Positions 28,015 to 42,089 of a stretch of 64,000 nucleotides of DNA are shown here, in pieces. The position numbers and the translations under genes were made by a program. Position 1 is the first letter of the stretch, and each line of letters starts with the position of its first letter. Source of the stretch: Eledone cirrhosa (taxonomy: Eukaryota); NCBI GenBank assembly GCA_964016885.1, contig OZ024741.1, positions 253,456,001 through 253,520,000 of the forward strand. The letters run 5' to 3'. The notes below the pieces were generated by a model. The model worked only from the letters and a program-made list of their open reading frames with translations, did no database searches and was not told where the DNA came from.

Positions 28015-31000
28015 ATAGAAAAGAAAAAAATAACGGAATCGGGTGTTGTGTGAGTATGGAAAAAAGAAAATTAATTAGCAGTACCCATTTTGGTGGGAAT
28101 GTGTCGACCAACATTTCGAATACGCAGCAAACTTTATTAACAAACTAGGAAAATACGCAGACACAGAAACGAACACACGCACATGTGAAATTCTCGTTCA
28201 GACAGACTCTTTTTCTCTCACGCACGTGTCGTACATCAACTAAATGTCGCATTTCACTGGATGTATATATATGTTTTTGGTTTCTTCTTACAACGAACAT
28301 TTAAAAAAAAAAAAAAAAGAAAGAAATTTGATATTTTTTTTTTTTACACATTTCAACATGAACATTTATTTTCGCTGAATCTCAAATTGCTTATTCTTTC
28401 CGCCAAGCTTTTTTTCATCGTTCACAAAAAAGTTGAACTCGCCATATTTGTTATACCAAGTGAAGCCTTTCTTTCTGTTTCATCATATTATCACGTTCAC
28501 ACACGAGTTTTTCAAAATGGCTGCCAACAACCTTGTTTCGGCACGTGTGGGCAGCACACATCTCGACTCACTGAGATACCACACGCCATAGATAATGTTT
28601 CTTGCCAAGGATTCTCCAGCCTTAAGCTATATTCTCCTACTTGCCGGTTTAAAAATTTACCACGTAAATTTGCCGTTGAAAACTGCGCATTTATTCAGAA
28701 TGCTTATTTCTCTGGTCGCTGGCCTCTTGGCCCTTCCAGGTCAACGCATTCACAACATCAACAACAACAACACAGCTTCATCAACAACCAAAACCAGCAG
28801 AACAAGCCAGAGAATTTATTTTTGCAGCACTCTTCCTGTGAGAAAATCCCTTCGGAGGTTGGAAATTTCACGTTATACCACAGACCAGAAACCACCTGCA
28901 TACATTCTCTGGAACACACTTTCTTTCCTGCTGTCATGTGATTGCAAACCTGTGAACTGTATTTTGAACTTTGACCTCTTCTTTTACTTTGATTACATTG
29001 TATCTTTGAGTGATGGATAGATAGATGTCCAGTCGTTCTCTGGCCAAGAGCGGTTGGCTACCTTGATATCTATCATTGATTTTTGCATGCATATGTTTTG
29101 CTGTTTTCCTTTTATTGCAAACATTTTTTTCGTGGTTTTCATGCCTGGACTTTGGTGTTGCGGCGTGCTCGCCGTCTTGCTTCATGCATGGTTCATTCGA
29201 TTTTTATGTTTTAAAAATCTGGCGGGAGATAATGTAGCAAGAATTGCCTCTCTTGTTGTGACGATCACATCACCAATAGATTAACGCTCTCTAGACAGGA
29301 AGTAGCTGGAGTTACTTCCCGTTGGGGGTGGCAGAACCCTTTTTGTCACTTCCGTCTTGAGACCCTATAAAAGGGATACTCAGAGCGATCTCTCTCTCAT
29401 TTGCCCTTTCGGCTGCTGGCCTTCGGCCAGGCGCGTTCGCCTGGCAACCCTATCATGGTCTCTTGCGAGCTAACTTCAAAACGGTAACAAATAACTTTAC
29501 TTCATTCTTTCATCTACCCATTGACATGTCAACAATTCTGTTCTACATAACTTCAACTTGTTAATTAAACTTTATATACACAACCTAGTGTCTTGTTGTA
29601 TTCATACACACCAGTATTCTGTTATAAGGGGATTAGGACCCAAGGCGGTGAATCAGAATTTGTTCAGTCCTGGTGTGCGAGGCCTGTGATCAATGATGTA
29701 AAAGGGCACCCAGGACTGAAACATGTAGGGAAGAATGACCAGGAGAACAGAAATGATGTGCGACAGGAGTATCCAAACCAAGTCGTATGTCCCTCAAATG
29801 TTCGGCAAAACGGTTCGCCATACGGCGTCCTGTTTGTCTGATATATAAAGACGTGCAAAGGGAACACCGGGGGGTGTAGACAACGTGGGTGGATGTGCAG
29901 GTGAAGGAATGGCAGATACGGAAAGAGCCGTTAGGGCCTGTAAGAGTGTTGAGGGTGGAAATGAAGGGACAAGTGTTGCAACGGGAATGAGAACAAGGAT
30001 GAGAGTCAGGTGAAGTCATGGGAGAGGACGAAAAGGAACTGCGAACCAGGAGGTCGTGGAGGTTGCGGGCGCACTTAAAAGCAGTAATGGGTGGGTTTGG
30101 AAAAAAGCGAGAAGTGATGGGGTCAGAAGAAAGGATACGGAAGGAACGGAGGATATGTTGCCGGAGTGGTAAGGTGATGAGGTGGTAGGTGAGAGGGAAA
30201 CGAACACAGGTGTTGGGAGGGCAGAGGTGAGGTGAGAGGGCTGTGGTGCGGTCTGTTTCACGGGCGCGGGTGAGAGCAGCTTGGATCAGGGTTGGGGGAT
30301 ATCCACGCTGGATGAAGCAGGAAGCCATGCAAAGGGAATGGGTTTCGAAATCGTCGCCCTGGCTACAGAGTCGACGAAGATGGAGGAATTGGGAATAGGG
30401 TATGGAGTTTTTGGTGTGGGTTGGATGGGGGGAGGTGAAGTCGAGGTAAGATTGGGAGTCTGTTGGTTTAATGAAGATGGAAGTAGAGAGGGTGTGGTGA
30501 GAGTGATTAATGGATAGAGAGATATCTAGAAAAGCAACAGAAGAATCGGAGATGGATGCGGTGTAATTGAGAGCAGGATGGAAAGATTGGACAAAAGAAA
30601 GTAAACAGTCGAGTTGTTCTCGTGATAGAGGGGTGGCGCCGATACAGTCGTCGATATAACGACCCGTATAGCTCAGGAGTCGGTCTAGCATACTGGGAGA
30701 AGATCTGGGCTTCGACGTAGCCAACAAATATGTTGGCATAGTTTGGACCCATTCTGGTTCCCATCGCTACCCCAGAGACCTGCTGATAAAATTCACTTGA
30801 AAAAGAAAATCTATTGAGGGTGAGAACAAGCTCAGCCAGACGGAGAAGAGTGGTAGGTCTGAAGTAAGGAGTAGGGCGTAAATCTAAAAAATATCGAAGA
30901 GCGTGGAGGTTGTCATCATCAGGGATGACGGTATAGAGAGAGGTGATGTCCAGGGTAAAGAGAAGGCGGGAGGGACCAGGAGGGAAGGAGAAAGAGTTGA

Positions 31001-31185
31001 AGAGTCTAAGGGCGTGATTTATATCGTGGATGTGGGAGGGGAGATTGCCGACCTACGGGGCGAGGATGGAGTCTAAATATTCAAAAATTATCTCGGTTGG
31101 GCAGTTGCACGCAGAAACGATAGGACGGCATATATTTATATATACACATACACCCTCACAAACACAAACACTCACACACACACGC

Positions 31186-31237
<52 letters not shown>

Positions 31238-31931
31238 ACAAACACATGCATGCACTCATACAGATGCACATGTGTGTGTAGATCTAAAAACAAAATTTGT
31301 TTTCGCTCTTAATATGGTGGATACTTAAATGTATTTGTGGGTGGATAACAATAATATTATAATAATATTGTAATATTAATATTCAGTTTGTTTCCAAGCA
31401 AACAGCCTCATAAACATCACGTGGTAGATGAACAACTCCATCCTTTTGTTTCAGCGGTAGCTGAGAGAAAACAATTGACAATATTGTCTCAGAGTATTTT
31501 GCTCCTTATCAGGATTGCGTATCCTCCTGTCTGCTATCCCCTGGAACTGCTCAGAATACATAGTATTCTCAAATGTGTACATCAGCTGATTAGCCTCATT
31601 TGCATACCCAGCGATGACATGGTTAATGGATTAAAGTGTTAGAAGAACCGGTGTGGTGAATTCTGTCCAGGTGAACTGGTGGTGTGCAAACTAAAGATAT
31701 ATTGTGGCTGATAGTTTAATCTAGACTGGTTTGACCCATGATGGAGACAGATTTCAATATATATATATACACACACACACATACATATACACATACACAC
31801 ATACATAAATATATATATATATGGCTAAAAAAATACAGATGTGCTTTCTTCCTCAAAAATATCTTTCCATTCCTTCCTCTTCTCTCTTCTAACACTCTAT
31901 CTTTCTATTTTTTCTTCTATTTCTCATTCTA

Positions 31932-31967
31932 TCTTCTGATGAAGGACTAGTGTCCGAAATATTAAGA
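31932..31967 (+). ncRNA. Minimal hammerhead motif of the Neptune family (B) in a 3'-end fragment (31860-32056)
   Basis: tctt-CTGATGA-a-ggac(tagt)gtcc-GAAA-ta-TT-aaga; variants at 40050-40086 (-) and 42626-42661 (+). Confidence 0.7.
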
Positions 31968-32295
31968 CTCTTTTCCTACTATATAAAGTATAAAACTAAT
32001 ATATTTCTTCATTGAACTGTGTTATTTGCTTTGTTATTTCTGTTTGCCTTTTTGCATATATATATTGTGATGTCACAACCTATTGCTACAGCTGAATAAA
32101 CTGAGGCAACATCAAATAAAGTGTCTTGCTCAAGAACACAACACACAGCCTAGTCTGGGATTCGAATTCACAACTTCACGATTGTAAGCCCAATACTCTA
32201 ATATATATATATATATATATATAGTGACGAAACATCAATTGCATGAACTCATAATCCTTTATTTACTGCTATATCAACACTATAAACACAGAGCT

Positions 32296-32365
<70 letters not shown>

Positions 32366-32368
<3 letters not shown>

Positions 32369-32535
32369 CGTTTCTGAATTTGTTTAGCAAGATTCTTTAT
32401 CTGAAATCGTGTGTTGAAACCGATATTGTTATACTTTGGGAGGGTCATGTTGCCAATAAGAAACACACGCACCAGTTGCTTTCACTTCAATTTATTATAT
32501 ATTTATAAATTTATAAATTTACAAATCTACAAACG
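32366..32535 (-). mobile_element. Family F terminal fragment (long end)
   Basis: Essentially identical to 41347-41515. Confidence 0.75.
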
Positions 32536-32848
32536 TATAACAATATATAGTCCAAGGTCAAAAGAAAAACAAACACAGAGACCATTACACAAAGTATTAT
32601 TAGTTTTATGCTTATAGAAAGAAGAAAAATGAATGTCTCATCCGACATTAGTCCTTCAGCGAAAAAATTAAGTTAGGATGAAGAGGAGGTTGGTAGGGGG
32701 AAAAATAGGAGAAAGGGAGGGGTTTATTAGGAGGACTGTATTACAAAGTATACATGTATACTTACATGGGTATATTTATCTAGCTATCTATGTACTAATA
32801 ATATATAGATATATGTATTTATATATTTATATACTAACATATATATAT

Positions 32849-33220
32849 CATCATTTTACGTCCGCTTTTCCCTGTTTGCAAGGGTGGGACGGGAACTGAT
32901 TTTGGCTTGATTTCAACAGCTGGATGCCCTTCCTAACACCAACCTCATTTACAGTGAGTACTGGGTGCTTTTTTCCCGTGGCACCTACACGTCCACTTTA
33001 TAGTGTGGGCTGGGTGCATTTTTTGCCGTGGCACCTCCACGACCACTTTGCAGTGGAATGATAGGGACCCCAGTCCCTATCGTTCCACTCATTTCTACAG
33101 CTGAGTAAACTGGAACAATGTGAAATAAAGTGTCTTGCTCAAGGAAACAACACATTACCCGGTCTGAGAATTAAACTCACAACCTTTCGATTGCAAGGCC
33201 AATGCTCTAAACACTAAGCC
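32849..33220 (-). mobile_element. tRNA-head SINE with RTE-derived tail
   Basis: Third copy of the 13850/5019 family. Confidence 0.85.
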
Positions 33221-33749
33221 AATATTTATATACTAACATATATTATTAAAATTACCATGCATATAGTTGCATTACTTTCTATGTACATGTATATTTCTAC
33301 AAAAGTTTCAAGAGAGACAGAAATGGTGGATGTATTTCATACAATCAACCTGTAATAATATACATTCAGCTATATATTACAATTCTTGTAGCTGTGTTAA
33401 AGGTATCAGTATATATCAGAAAAAGCAAAGGAGACCTGCTATCACCCTGACAGACTCCTCTATGTAATTAATACTTCCTTCTCATCTCTTTCTCATATTC
33501 TCATATTCTCTGCAAACTCAACTATCTCTAAAGCTTCCATTATTATTGCTCATGAATGAGAAATCAAATCAATGACATCGCCGTAATGAATCCATGCCAT
33601 TGTGAAATGTGTACGAGTATGTTGTTGCTGCTTCATGCAATCTTGGAATATAACTTCATCAACCAATAATTGGTCTTTATTACCACTTCGCTTACTGCGG
33701 CATTCTTTCTGCTCCACCGGTAATATATATCCTACAATCCTGGCTATCT

Positions 33750-34648
<899 letters not shown>

Positions 34649-34776
34649 AAGTTATATTTAAAATTGTTGGGTTACAACTAGTAAATATTTATAACTGATA
34701 TAAAAGCACTCGACAAATACTTGGAGTATATTTACAATATTAAATAAATGGAAAACTATATTTATAAAACCATATT

Positions 34777-34842
34777 TATTTCATTATATATATTTCGGGG
34801 ATATCATATTAACAATATGCTATGCCTTCATCAGACAAAATA
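34777..34842 (-). ncRNA. Type I hammerhead ribozyme (inverted copy)
   Basis: Exact reverse complement of 38506-38571. Confidence 0.8.
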
Positions 34843-35205
34843 CAATATAAACAGTTTTATAGATAAATATATTCGACATACCGTAATAAACATCAACTTC
34901 ATTTGAAGAGGTTCACTCTAGCAGTGAAAATACAGAGAGAAAGAAAGAGAGAGAGAAAAGAGGGAAATAAGAAAGAAAGAAAGACGAAACGAAGAAAAGG
35001 AAGAAAAAGAAGAAAAAGAAGAAATGCATGGGACAAAATAGAGAGATGGAAAAATAGATAAAGCGAAGAGCTTCATGTAAAGAGACCGAAAGAGATATAT
35101 ATATATATATAGAGAGAGGAAATAGAGATAGATACATATATAAATATAGATATAGAAAAATTAGGTAGTGGGAGGTCATTTTGAGTAAGTGTATCAATGA
35201 TGCAT

Positions 35206-35240
<35 letters not shown>

Positions 35241-35277
35241 GCTCAAGTATTAATGTAAGGGAGATATAGAGAGATAT

Positions 35278-36945
35278 ATGAAGGACCACAAGAGGAATTT
35301 TGAGATTGACCTGCCAGTTAGATTAATCGCACCTTCAAAATCGGACCTGGGCAAATTAAGCAAAAACATTCTTGACAGGGTGATACTGCAAATTAAGAAC
35401 TTGGATTATGTATCTAACCTGAGCTTGTGGAAGGGAACCGGAGAGGTTGTTGAGTGGTTTAGGCAAATTAAATATGACAATAATAATAGGTTTATTCAAC
35501 TTGATATAGCTAACTATTATTCTTCTATTACCCCTAGTCTACTAAATAAGGCACTAAATTACGCATTCAAACATACGGACCTAACTAGCAAAGAAATGCA
35601 TATTATATTATCGGCTAGGAAAACTTTGATAGAATTTGATGACAAATTATGGACCAGAGCAGATAGAGATAGCAATTTTGACATAACTATGGGATCTTCC
35701 GACTCAGCTCAAGTAACTGACCTTGTGGGCTTATTTTTAATCAATTCGCTACATAGGAAAATACCTGGTACTACCGGAGGTTTATATAGGGATGACATGC
35801 TTTTACTCATTAATAATAATAACCCTGAACTAAATAGAAAATGTAAACAAATTACAAAATTTTTTAATTACTTTAACCTTAAAATAGAAATTGAGAACAA
35901 CCATAGAATAGTCAATTTCCTAGATATAACATTAAATCTCAACACATGTCTCCACTATCCTTTTCACAAGTTGAATGAAAACTTAAACTATGTCAACTTT
36001 AACTCTAACCACCCCAGATCTGTCAAAAACACTATAGTAAACTCAGTCCAAAAGCGTATCTCTAGGATCTCGTCGAATAGAAAGATTTTTGACGAAAAGG
36101 CCCAATACTATAATGATGCACTAGCTAGGGCAGGGTATGCTGATAAGATTGTGTACATAGATAATGATAAACAAACTAAACAAAGTAACAACTTTTTTAA
36201 TTATGGCAACAACATTAACAACTATAATAGAAAGCATTACAATAATTCCAAAGGACAAAAAAGAAATAGAACTAGGAACATAATTTGGTTTGCCCCCCCT
36301 TTCTCACTAAACATTAAAACCCACATCGCTAAATTATTTTTCAAAGCTCTTGATAATCGCTTCCCTAGAACACATAGGTACCACTCAATCTTCAATAGGC
36401 ATACAATTAAATTAACCTATTCATCCACCAAAAATTTAGCACAAAATATTAATAGAATAAATAATAGGAACTTAAAAACTACTGATAATAGCATAAATAA
36501 TATACAAGTTAACAAATGCAACTGTAGAGATAGATCTAAATGTCCGTTAAATAACAACTGCTTAGTTAAAAATATAGTATACAATTGTAATGTTAATACT
36601 GACTCTAATTCTTTTAACTACGTCGGTTCCACATCGACGGAATTTAAACTTCGCTATAATAACCACAAGAATTCTTTCACAGATCCAAATAAAAAATCTT
36701 CAACGGCACTATCAGGTGTACTCTGGCAACTTAAGCTAGATAACGTTAGATATTCGACGGCTTGGAATATAGTCTCAAGAGGGATTCCTTTTAATTCATC
36801 CTCTGAGACATGTGACCTCTGCGCAGAGGAGATATTCTTTATACTAAAATCTAAAAATTCCCTTAACCTACGGACAAATTTATTCAGTTGTTGCAAACAT
36901 AGATTAAACTCAACGTTTAAATATAAATTTAAATTTAAAATGTAG
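35278..36945 (+). CDS. PLE reverse transcriptase + C-terminal GIY-YIG endonuclease (N-terminally truncated, uninterrupted 555 aa)
   Basis: KDHK..VRLIAP, QLDIANYYSSI, ITMGSSDSAQV, LYRDD, NFLDI, SNHP, CNC..CPL..C linker, IVY..YVGST..FKLRYNNH, CDLC..E..LN..CKH. Confidence 0.92.
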   Translation: MKDHKRNFEIDLPVRLIAPSKSDLGKLSKNILDRVILQIKNLDYVSNLSLWKGTGEVVEWFRQIKYDNNNRFIQLDIANYYSSITPSLLNKALNYAFKHTDLTSKEMHIILSARKTLIEFDDKLWTRADRDSNFDITMGSSDSAQVTDLVGLFLINSLHRKIPGTTGGLYRDDMLLLINNNNPELNRKCKQITKFFNYFNLKIEIENNHRIVNFLDITLNLNTCLHYPFHKLNENLNYVNFNSNHPRSVKNTIVNSVQKRISRISSNRKIFDEKAQYYNDALARAGYADKIVYIDNDKQTKQSNNFFNYGNNINNYNRKHYNNSKGQKRNRTRNIIWFAPPFSLNIKTHIAKLFFKALDNRFPRTHRYHSIFNRHTIKLTYSSTKNLAQNINRINNRNLKTTDNSINNIQVNKCNCRDRSKCPLNNNCLVKNIVYNCNVNTDSNSFNYVGSTSTEFKLRYNNHKNSFTDPNKKSSTALSGVLWQLKLDNVRYSTAWNIVSRGIPFNSSSETCDLCAEEIFFILKSKNSLNLRTNLFSCCKHRLNSTFKYKFKFKM

Positions 36946-37213
36946 TATATTTAGTTTGATTTATATTTATATGAGAACTAGCCGATAAATCTTTTGATTC
37001 CTAAATCTTTGATTCCCTCTTTTTACTGTTTATTTTATTGTATTTATTTTTATTTTTATTTTTATTTTTTATTTTTATTTTTATCTAAACATTCCTCATG
37101 AAAAATTAAGCTACCCTAAAAGCCGATGCTCCAAATTTTATGAATTAACCTTACACTTGATAAACTTATATATTAAATATAGGAACATATGTAGACATTA
37201 TTGGACATCATAA

Positions 37214-37255
<42 letters not shown>

Positions 37256-38107
37256 GATATTCCTTGCTAGATGTGATTTGATAGATAATTTTTGGCTTTG
37301 TCTTGTAGTGAACTTGGCAATATATTGTCAATTAACCTTGAAGGGTTGTTCTTTGTGGTTTATTTTTTATTTTTATTTTTATTTTTTATTTTTATTTTTA
37401 TTTTTATTTTTATTTTTATTTTTATTTTTATTTTTATTCTTTTAGTATTGTAGTATTCTATAATATTTTTATATTTTTATTTTTTATTTTTTATTTTATT
37501 TTTTTTATTTTATTTTATTTTTATTTTTAATATTTTTATATGTAAAGTTTTAATACGTAATAATTTTAAAACATAGTATTTTTAATATGCAATATTTTTA
37601 TTATGTAATATTCTTTCGTAATATTCTTTTTTAGTTTTCTATTCTATATTTTTATATTTTTATATATTTTTACTTATTATCATTATTATTGTTATCTCTG
37701 CTTATAATATAATATATATTTTCGATTAGTATATTGAAATCTGCTCTCTATTTCTGCTTGATAGATAATCTTGTAGAGTAATCGCAAGAATAATAATACG
37801 CTCAAATGTTTATACCACATTGAGAATGTTTTCCGGTAACTTTGAATTTGCGGAGTGAATCAGTTGGATTCACATAGACATATGAATTTTTTAAAAAACT
37901 AAACATAAGATAATGAATTTTCACGCATTGTGAATACTTGTTTCATTCAGGAATACTGATATTTACAATATAGTGTAAGTTTTATAAATACTAATACATT
38001 AAAACATAGGGTTTTCTACGCCTCGAATATGTCTGGCTATTTTTAAATTTTTCTCTCTCTATATCTCTCTATATCTCTCTATATCTCCCTTACATTAATA
38101 CTTGAGC

Positions 38108-38142
<35 letters not shown>

Positions 38143-38505
38143 ATGCATCATTGATACACTTACTCAAAATGACCTCCCACTACCTAATTTTTCTATATCT
38201 ATATTTATATATGTATCTATCTCTATTTCCTCTCTCTATATATATATATATATCTCTTTCGGTCTCTTTACATGAAGCTCTTCGCTTTATCTATTTTTCC
38301 ATCTCTCTATTTTGTCCCATGCATTTCTTCTTTTTCTTCTTTTTCTTCCTTTTCTTCGTTTCGTCTTTCTTTCTTTCTTATTTCCCTCTTTTCTCTCTCT
38401 CTTTCTTTCTCTCTGTATTTTCACTGCTAGAGTGAACCTCTTCAAATGAAGTTGATGTTTATTACGGTATGTCGAATATATTTATCTATAAAACTGTTTA
38501 TATTG

Positions 38506-38571
38506 TATTTTGTCTGATGAAGGCATAGCATATTGTTAATATGATATCCCCGAAATATATATAATGAAATA
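38506..38571 (+). ncRNA. Type I hammerhead ribozyme (family A)
   Basis: Stem I tattttgt/atgaaata, CTGATGA, imperfect stem II, GAAA-t(atat)a-TA; predicted cleavage after 38563. Confidence 0.8.
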
Positions 38572-38609
38572 AATATGGTTTTATAAATATAGTTTTCCAT
38601 TTATTTAAT

Positions 38610-38706
<97 letters not shown>

Positions 38707-38943
38707 TTAAGGATACTATTTATGGTTATGTATATAATAAAATCTTTTATGGTTATATATTTTTCATATACAAACCCCAAATAACTGCCTGATTCTACAA
38801 GTAACAATCTGCCGCACTCTAATCCTGTATAAATAAGACACGTGAGATTGTTTCATACACTGACTACTCTAAACTTTCCTCTTGCTTTATCTTCATAAAC
38901 TGCCAATGTTTTATTTTTATTTTTATTTTTATTTTTATTTTTA

Positions 38944-38974
<31 letters not shown>

Positions 38975-39137
38975 TATTTTTTTTTTTTTTCATTTTAACC
39001 CTTTAACCTTTATATGTAAATTGCCATGCTATATCATTATGATGGATGTCAACCCACTGTGGGTCAATATATGCATATGTTTTTATATGTCTCTTGTGTT
39101 GAAAAGGAGGTCAAGTATGTTATAGATCACTAAATAG

Positions 39138-39186
39138 TTGCTCCGAAGAATCCAAACCTCGGTTTGGAGGAAACAATTGTAAGCAA
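39138..39186 (+). ncRNA. Type I hammerhead motif (family D), U4C core variant
   Basis: ttgct-CCGAAGA-a-tccaaac(ctcg)gtttgga-g-GAAA-c(aatt)g-TA-agcaa. Confidence 0.75.
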
Positions 39187-39217
39187 ATAAATGATTTAAA
39201 CTGAACTTTGATTACTG

Positions 39218-39308
<91 letters not shown>

Positions 39309-39569
39309 TATATATATGTATACATACACACATACATATATAAATATATATATACATATACTTATATATGAGGTTATAGTGTGCTAGTTCACTATTTTCA
39401 TTGGTAAGATAAGTTAAGCTCAATGCCTCTTTTACCCTTCGCTCTTCAGGAGGGAATAGTTATAGTAGCAGAACATTTATAATTCAAAATTCAGTAAGAC
39501 CAAGGATTAAAGTTATTGTTGTTTACATCTATGAATGTTTCAATACAGCCAGAAATTATACATGAATTG

Positions 39570-39641
<72 letters not shown>

Positions 39642-39649
<8 letters not shown>

Positions 39650-39866
39650 TAAAATAACAGATTAAAGTTTAAGCAAAGAATCGCTGCTTTCACCCTTAAC
39701 GGGATCTTCAGAAGATCCCGTTAAGGGTGAAAGCAGCGATTCTTTGCTTAAACTTTAATCTGTTATTTTAATAAATATTTGCTCTACGGTTCTTATATAT
39801 TTGATATATATTTATCCTTATCGAGCCCTCTTTGGATTTTAGTCTTCAAATTTATTATTATTACTA
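39642..39866. mobile_element. Fold-back insertion (family I): palindrome with 68-bp arms, 1-nt loop and 88-nt tail
   Basis: 39642-39709 is the reverse complement of 39711-39778. Confidence 0.85.
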
Positions 39867-39961
39867 TATATATATATATGTAGGAAAATATTCAAGACCC
39901 CGACGGCAGAGCTCAAGTCGTTTCAACGGTTATTTCATATATATATATATATATGTGTGTG

Positions 39962-40170
39962 TGTAAAAGGTAAACAGAAATAACAACACAATCGGTACAG
40001 TACGTGGAAGGAATATATTAGGTTAATGCTTGAAATAGCAGGAAGGGGGTCTTAACATTTTCGGACGCTAGTCCTTCATCAGAAGAAAGAATGAGAAATT
40101 AGATAGATGGGACGGGTGCGGTGGAATTGGAAGAAATGTTTTTAGAGAAAAATAACAGGTCCATTCATTT
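39962..40170 (-). mobile_element. Neptune-family 3' end fragment
   Basis: Homologous to 27183-27395 and to the reverse complement of 42535-42750. Confidence 0.8.
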
Positions 40171-40340
40171 TGCCATAAATGTAACGAAGATCGTTGGTAT
40201 TAAGTCAACAGTCTCCGGCCAACGTCTAGTTCACTCAATGAAACCGCCAAATTGCTGTGAGGCAACTGCAACCAGCTATTCAGAGTGCACACATTTAGTT
40301 AATAGCAGTTACGATGGCTGTATTTTTGGCAGAGATAAAA

Positions 40341-40378
<38 letters not shown>

Positions 40379-40384
<6 letters not shown>

Positions 40385-40731
40385 GATATTAATAAATGGA
40401 AACTATATTTATAAAACCATATTTATTTCATTATACATATTTCAGGGATACCAAATTAAATTATGGTATGCCTTCATCAGACAAAATACAATATATAACA
40501 GTTTTACAAATAAGCTTTGACGTACCCTATTAAAATGCAACCATTATTTTGGAAGGCATACCATAATTTAATTTGGTATCCCTGAAATATGTATAATGAA
40601 ATAAATATGGTTTTATAAATATAGTTTCCATTTATTAATATCGTATATCTACTCCAAATACTTGTCGAGTGCTTTATATCAGTTATAAAAATATTTACTT
40701 GCTGTATCCCAACAATTTTAAATAGAACTTT

Positions 40732-40735
<4 letters not shown>
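40379..40735. mobile_element. Fold-back insertion (family A): 97-bp arms, 87-nt tail, hammerhead at 40424-40488 (-)
   Basis: 40379-40475 is the reverse complement of 40552-40648; tail matches the reverse complement of 34645-34732. Confidence 0.85.
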
Positions 40736-41691
<956 letters not shown>

Positions 41692-41874
41692 TCAATACAT
41701 AAACAGAGAAAGCCTTAAGCGATACTCCGACCAACTCCATCTCACTCAACAAACATTAGGATATACTTAAGTATTAACCCAATTTAGTGTTTGGGGTGCT
41801 AACTAATCAGTATTTCGTGGATAGCTGGTTGTATTATTTTATATGAGACATTATTAAATAAATATCTCTTTTCT

Positions 41875-41998
41875 TCCAGACGGCCGTTTCGTTATAAGAT
41901 TTCTACAATTTGGGATAAATAATTTCCAGGTTATGTAGAAACTTGTATATAATCCAAAGTTTTATACACAAGCGGGCTCTTATAAACTCATCAGTGGA
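41875..41998 (-). ncRNA. Type I hammerhead (family E) with ~97-nt branched stem II
   Basis: tcca-CTGATGA-gtttataag...cttataac-GAAA-c(ggcc)g-TC-tgga. Confidence 0.8.
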
Positions 41999-42089
41999 TG
42001 CCCAAATAATATCGATATAAGAATTATATCGACATTAATAGAATGGTGATGGTATTCCTCAGAGCTAAGAAGAGACTGGTATATATATA

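Larger units (their letters stand above)
27609..29626 (+). mobile_element. Non-autonomous Gypsy-derived LTR retrotransposon (2018 bp)
   Basis: LTRs 27609-28000 and 29233-29626; 4-bp TSD AGGG (27605-27608, 29627-29630); PBS; purine-rich tract ggcgggagataa before the 3' LTR; no intact gag/pol. Confidence 0.95.
27183..31130 (-). mobile_element. 5'-truncated, decayed Neptune-type Penelope-like element interrupted by an LTR element
   Basis: CRPIVS, VAMGTRMGPNYANIF, RYIDD, FLDI, CxxxxCxxC linker, VVY..YIRQT..RFAEH GIY-YIG; EQILIHRLG|..LGLN continues across the insertion; 3' end with decayed hammerhead at 27271-27306. Confidence 0.92.

Noticed and set aside
28261-28941. 226-aa ORF as a novel gene in the LTR element
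   Set aside because: Starts in A/T runs, no domain; pol-like motifs switch frames, consistent with a decayed relic
34733-38615. DNA transposon with long TIRs
   Set aside because: ORF is RT+GIY-YIG, not a transposase; repeats are asymmetric (88-nt tail on one side) and contain hammerheads, so they are inverted pseudo-LTRs
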